A stretch of DNA of 64,000 bases from the human T2T-CHM13v2.0 reference genome, Homo sapiens. Below the pieces are notes generated by a model. The model had not been told where the DNA came from and ran no database searches. It worked only from the letters and a program-made list of their open reading frames with translations. A program made the translations under genes and the position numbers. Position 1 is the first letter of the stretch. Each line of letters opens with the position of its first letter. The stretch is from assembly GCF_009914755.1 (NCBI RefSeq), contig NC_060929.1; one strand, written 5' to 3'. Below are positions 53,118 to 64,000 of the stretch, piece by piece.

Positions 53118-54342
53118 CTAAGGAGAGCAGCAAAGAGGTGATTAAATTGGTTGGAGACATCTGCCCAAGATGTCTGTGGTCTACCATGGATGCCCATCCT
53201 CAAAAAACTGCTGCTCCAAGACTCACAGTCTTCTCTCATCTATGCTATCAAAAATACTAATACTTTCTAAGATGCCCAGAGAAGACAGCCCTCAAAGTCT
53301 GCCTATATAGGCCTCAGCTCTAAAAACACACTCAAGATGTTCCAAGATTCGCTTATTCAAGTCCGATTTCCAATATTCAGGAAGAATAGAAAGGCTTTTT
53401 GTCACAACCACTGAGTTAAGGGGAAGTAATGCAAGTTCATCTTCAACCTCAAACCACATATGAAACAGCTGAGACCTAAGGTAGAATAACCCACACCCTA
53501 CTTCTCCACTTCTCACAATCATAGACTATCTTGGCCTTGCCCTACCCAATCCAACAACATTTTAGGGAAACTTGGACATAGAAAACTATGGGTAAGAGCT
53601 GTCACAGCAGGAGCAATTTGCTGATGAAAATTAAATCACTGTCATTACTGTCAATCTAACCACAGGTGTACAATTTGTTCAACTGTTTGAAATGGCTAAA
53701 TTACTATATGTACTATACTCAAATCTCGAACAATTTTCTCTGAATCCTTCCCCACTCCACTCACATATAAAAACTTTAAAAATGAAGTTACATTAGAGGT
53801 GAATAAAAGACTTTAATTAAATATTTTATACATGTGACACTGTTTTCTTCCCAATTTGAGAAGATAGTGCCTATAAAGAGAGTCTGAAAAGTCACAGTGG
53901 CTTATGTATCTGTCTTCCAAGAAAAACTAAAAGGCACAGATATTTATAAAAAGCCGGATGATGAACAGCTGTCAGCTCCAAATTGCTCATCTATTACCTA
54001 TGGGTTTTTCTCCCCAGTTACAAGCACTCCATAGAAACACCAACCAAAGAAATGAATCAGCCTCTCTTAAAAAAGACCAAGCTCCTAGCGGAGCAATCAC
54101 ATCCATGGGGCGCCACATCCTGATTCTCTGGGCTAAAATAATATGAGATACTCTCCCTGCACCCAGCTAGAGGTCTCTGGATGGCTGCCAAAGCCAAGCA
54201 AAGAGGTCTGGGAAGGCTGAGTCACTTTCTAGAACTGTGAGATGATAGGCAAGTGAGCACAATAAGAAACTAGTGACATCTGTCTCCCAAAAACGATGTG
54301 TGCCTGGCTCTCAAGAAGGCCTCAAAAAAAAAAAAAGGTTTT

Positions 54343-54657
<315 letters not shown>

Positions 54658-55621
54658 TTTTACTTTGAAATAATTATAAATTCCCAAGAAATAACAAAAA
54701 ATAGTACAGAGAGTGTCATGTACCCTTCATCCAGCTTCCCTCAATGTTAACATTTTACATAAGGATATTACATAAGGATACAATGTCAAAATCAAGAAAA
54801 GGACACAGGTACCACACTGTTAACTAGACTAAACACCTTGTTTGGATTTCACCAGTTTTTACATATACTCACTTACATGTATGTGTGTATGTGTATCATT
54901 CTATGTAATTTTACCTGAGATGTAGACTTGTGTAACTACCAGAACAATCATGCTAGAGAACTGTCCCACCATGATCACATAATCTACTATGTACTACTCC
55001 TTTACAGTTATACTTTATCCTCCCATGCTACTCTCTTACATCCCTGTGCCCTGGTTGTCACTAATTTATTCTCCATGTTTATAATTCTGGCATTTAAAAA
55101 ATGTTATATACACAGTGGCTCATGCCTGTAATCCTAGAAGTTTGGGAGGCCAAGGCAGGTGGACAACTTGAGCTCAGGAGTTCCAGACCAGTCTGGGCAA
55201 TATAGTGAGACTCTCTGTATTTATATTTTTTAAATTCTATTTTTTTAAACAGAGAACTGGCCAGCAAAGATGAAAGCGCAGCAAATAAATGAAAGGTGGT
55301 AACTTTGGCAATGAAATTTGAATTGAATGTACATGGAGTTATAGAAGAAATGGCTGACTGTGGGAATGTTAACACTGCCACTGTTGATGAGCTCTAGATG
55401 TGCAGACAGAGGGACTCAGCAAAGGCAAACTTACAGACACAAATTAGGAAAGTGATAAAAAGGATGAAATGACACTGGCAAAAAACTTCACATTACAGGA
55501 ACTCTCTGAGAAATTTCACAACATTGAAAGTACGAAGGGTGAAATGTTGGAGGCTCATCCATACTTAGAAAGATGTATGATAATTAGCCAAGAGAGAAAA
55601 GATGCTTGCTCTATGTCATAA

Positions 55622-56906
<1,285 letters not shown>

Positions 56907-57149
56907 ATAATTCTAAATGTTTCTAATGTTTTAAATTACAGTGTGCTAAATAAATATTAGTATTGCTTTTTCATTTCTATATATACTTATAACCAATAGC
57001 AATGTAGTTGCTTTAATGTCTGGCAAAACATTTCAAGGATCATGGAACAATCATAATTTTTCCCTTGATTATGTTAAGATTGTTTTGCATAGTTTCAGTG
57101 TGCACATTTTCACAATTCCACATAACATAAAATGAGGACTGCTGGTATA

Positions 57150-60824
<3,675 letters not shown>

Positions 60825-61210
60825 AAAAACTCAAAAACATATGCATGTGTGTCTTTATAACAGAACAATTTCTATTCCTTTAGGTATATACCCAGTAATG
60901 GGATTGCTGGGTCAAATGCTATTTCTGTCTTTAGGTCTTTGAGGAATTGCCACACTGTTTTCCACAATGTGGAATTAATTTACACTCCCACCAACAGTGT
61001 ATAAGCATTCCTTTTTCTCTACAACCCTTGCCAGCATCTATTATTTTTTGACTTTTTAACAATAGCCATTATAGTTGGTGTGAGATGGTATCTCACTGTG
61101 GTTTTGATTTGCTTTTCTCTAATGATCAGTGATGTTGAGCTTTTTTTCATATGATTGTTGCCCACATGTATGTCTTCTTTTGAAAAGTGTCTATGTCCTT
61201 TGCCCACTTT

Positions 61211-62099
<889 letters not shown>

Positions 62100-63935
62100 T
62101 TTGCCCAGTTTGTAATGGGGTTGTTTTTTTCTTGTAAATTTGTTCAAGTTTCTTACAGATGCTGGATATCAGACCTTTGTTGGATGCATAGTTTGCAAAA
62201 ATTTTCTCCCATTCTGTAGGTTGTTTATTGATAGTTTCTTTTGCTGTGCAAAAGCTCTTTAGTTTAATTAGATCCCATTTGTTAATTTTTGCTTTTGTTG
62301 CAATTGGTTTTGGCATCTTTGTCATGAAATCTTTGCCCATGCCTATGTCCTGAATGGTATTGCCTAAGTTGTCTTCCAGGGTTTTCATAGTTTTAGGTTA
62401 AGTCTTTAATCCATCTTGAGTTCATTTTTGTATATGGTATAAGGAAAGGGTCCAGTTTCAATATTCCGTGTATGGCTAGCCAGTTATCCCAGCAACATTT
62501 ATTGAATAGGGAATCCTTTCCCCATTGCTTGTTTTTGTCAGATTTGTCAAAATAGCAAACACATGGAATCAACCTAAATGCCCATCAAAGATAGACTGGG
62601 CAAAGACCATGGAATACTACGCAGCCATAAAAAAGAATGAGATCTATCCCTTCAAGAAACATGGATGGAGCTGGAGGCCATTATTCTTAACAAACTAATG
62701 CAGGAACAGAAAACCAAATACCACATGTTCTCTCTTATAAGTGGGAGTTAAATGATGATAACACATGGATACTTAGAGGGGAACAACACACACTGGGGCC
62801 TATTGGGTGGAGGATGGGAATAGGGAGGGGATCAGGAAAAATAACTGTTGGGTACTTGGGCTTAATACCTGGGTGATGAAATAATCTATACAACAAACCC
62901 CTATGACACAAGTTTATCTATATAACAAACCTGAACATGTACCCCTGAACTTAAAAGTTAAAAATTAGAAAATAAATAATAAAAACTCAAGAAGAAAAGG
63001 ATAGGCTGCATTTTCCCTATTTTTTATTCATTACATTGTTCTTTCTTTATTCCTGATATTTCAAGTTTCTTTCTATTATTCTTTTTTCATTCTATTTGGA
63101 GAATATTCTTTCAGAGTAGGTCTGCTGGTGAGAAATTTTCTTAATTTTCCTCTCTCTAAAAGTGTCTTGACTTCCCTTTCACTCCTGAAATATATTCACG
63201 GCTATAAAATTCTGTGTGGACAGTTCATTTTTTCCCCCAGCAATTGAAAAATATTCCACATACTTCTGGCCTCTATGGTTTCAGATAAAAAATTCAATAT
63301 CGCTCAATCATTGTTCCCCTATAGTTGTGTTATTTTTTCTAGTTGCTTTGAAGATTTTTCTGTCTTTAGTTTTCAGAAGTTTAACTGTGATGTATCTTGG
63401 TGTTGATTTCTTTGAGTTTATCCTGTCTGGAGTTCACCTGGATTCACTGGATTCACTTTATGAATCTGTGAGTTTATGCCTTTCACCACATTTGGGAATT
63501 TGTTAGCCCTTGTTTCTTGATTATTTTCTAGCCCCATATTCTTTCTACTCTCCATCTGGAATTCCAATGACACAAATGTTAGATCTTTTGTTACAGTTCC
63601 ACAGGTCCCTAAAGCTCTGTTATTTTTTTTCTCCAATCTATCTTCTCTTTGTTGTTCAGACTGTGTAATTTTTATTTATCTGTCTTTAAGTTTACTGATT
63701 CTTTTCTCTGTCATCTCTGTTCTGCTACTGAGCCTATCTGGTGACTTTTAAAGTTTTAGTTATTATATTGTTCAGTTCTATAATTCCATTTGGTTCTTTT
63801 TTCTTATCTTCTGTTTCCTTGCTGAGACTTTGCTTCAAGGGTGCTCATAATTGCTTGCTGAAGCAATTTTATAATAGTTGTTTTAAAATTCTTGTTAGAT
63901 GATTTCAACTTCTGAGTCATTTCAGTATTAGCATC

Positions 63936-64000
63936 TGTCTCAGTCTTCTCAGGCTGCTATAACAAAATATCATATACTGGGCAGCTTAAACAACATACAT
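63936..64000 (-). mobile_element. MLT1/MST LTR end, truncated by the window edge
   Basis: tgtctcagtc..caggctgctataacaaaatatcatatactgggcagcttaaacaaca. Confidence 0.7.

Noticed and set aside
52905-53141. 78-aa plus-strand ORF ([13 protein letters not shown]...)
   Set aside because: Antisense shadow of the SIL1 192-bp exon; no independent evidence.

Overview
Primate (most likely human) genomic DNA lying entirely inside the SIL1 gene (ER BiP/HSPA5 nucleotide-exchange factor), transcribed on the minus strand. Only two SIL1 coding exons are present: 52926-53117 (192 bp) and 47296-47417 (122 bp). The rest is intron packed with interspersed repeats: about 40 Alus, old and young L1s, L2, MIR, MaLR LTRs and DNA transposons. 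The main objects are (1) a full-length L1PA2-type LINE-1 (31564-37615, same sense as SIL1) with open ORF1, ORF2 and ORF0, a YY1 site and a perfect 15-bp TSD; (2) a 3'-truncated, tailless 5S rRNA retrocopy inside an Alu; (3) an RPL12 processed pseudogene nested in a 5'-inverted (twin-primed) L1 and itself interrupted by an AluY; (4) a local inverted duplication of about 225 bp at 55565-56146 that includes non-Alu flank. I found no evidence of a wholly new biological system. Most short ORFs in the supplied track are Alu/L1 by-products or antisense shadows. Repeat boundaries and subfamily names were assigned by eye from remembered consensus sequences and are approximate.
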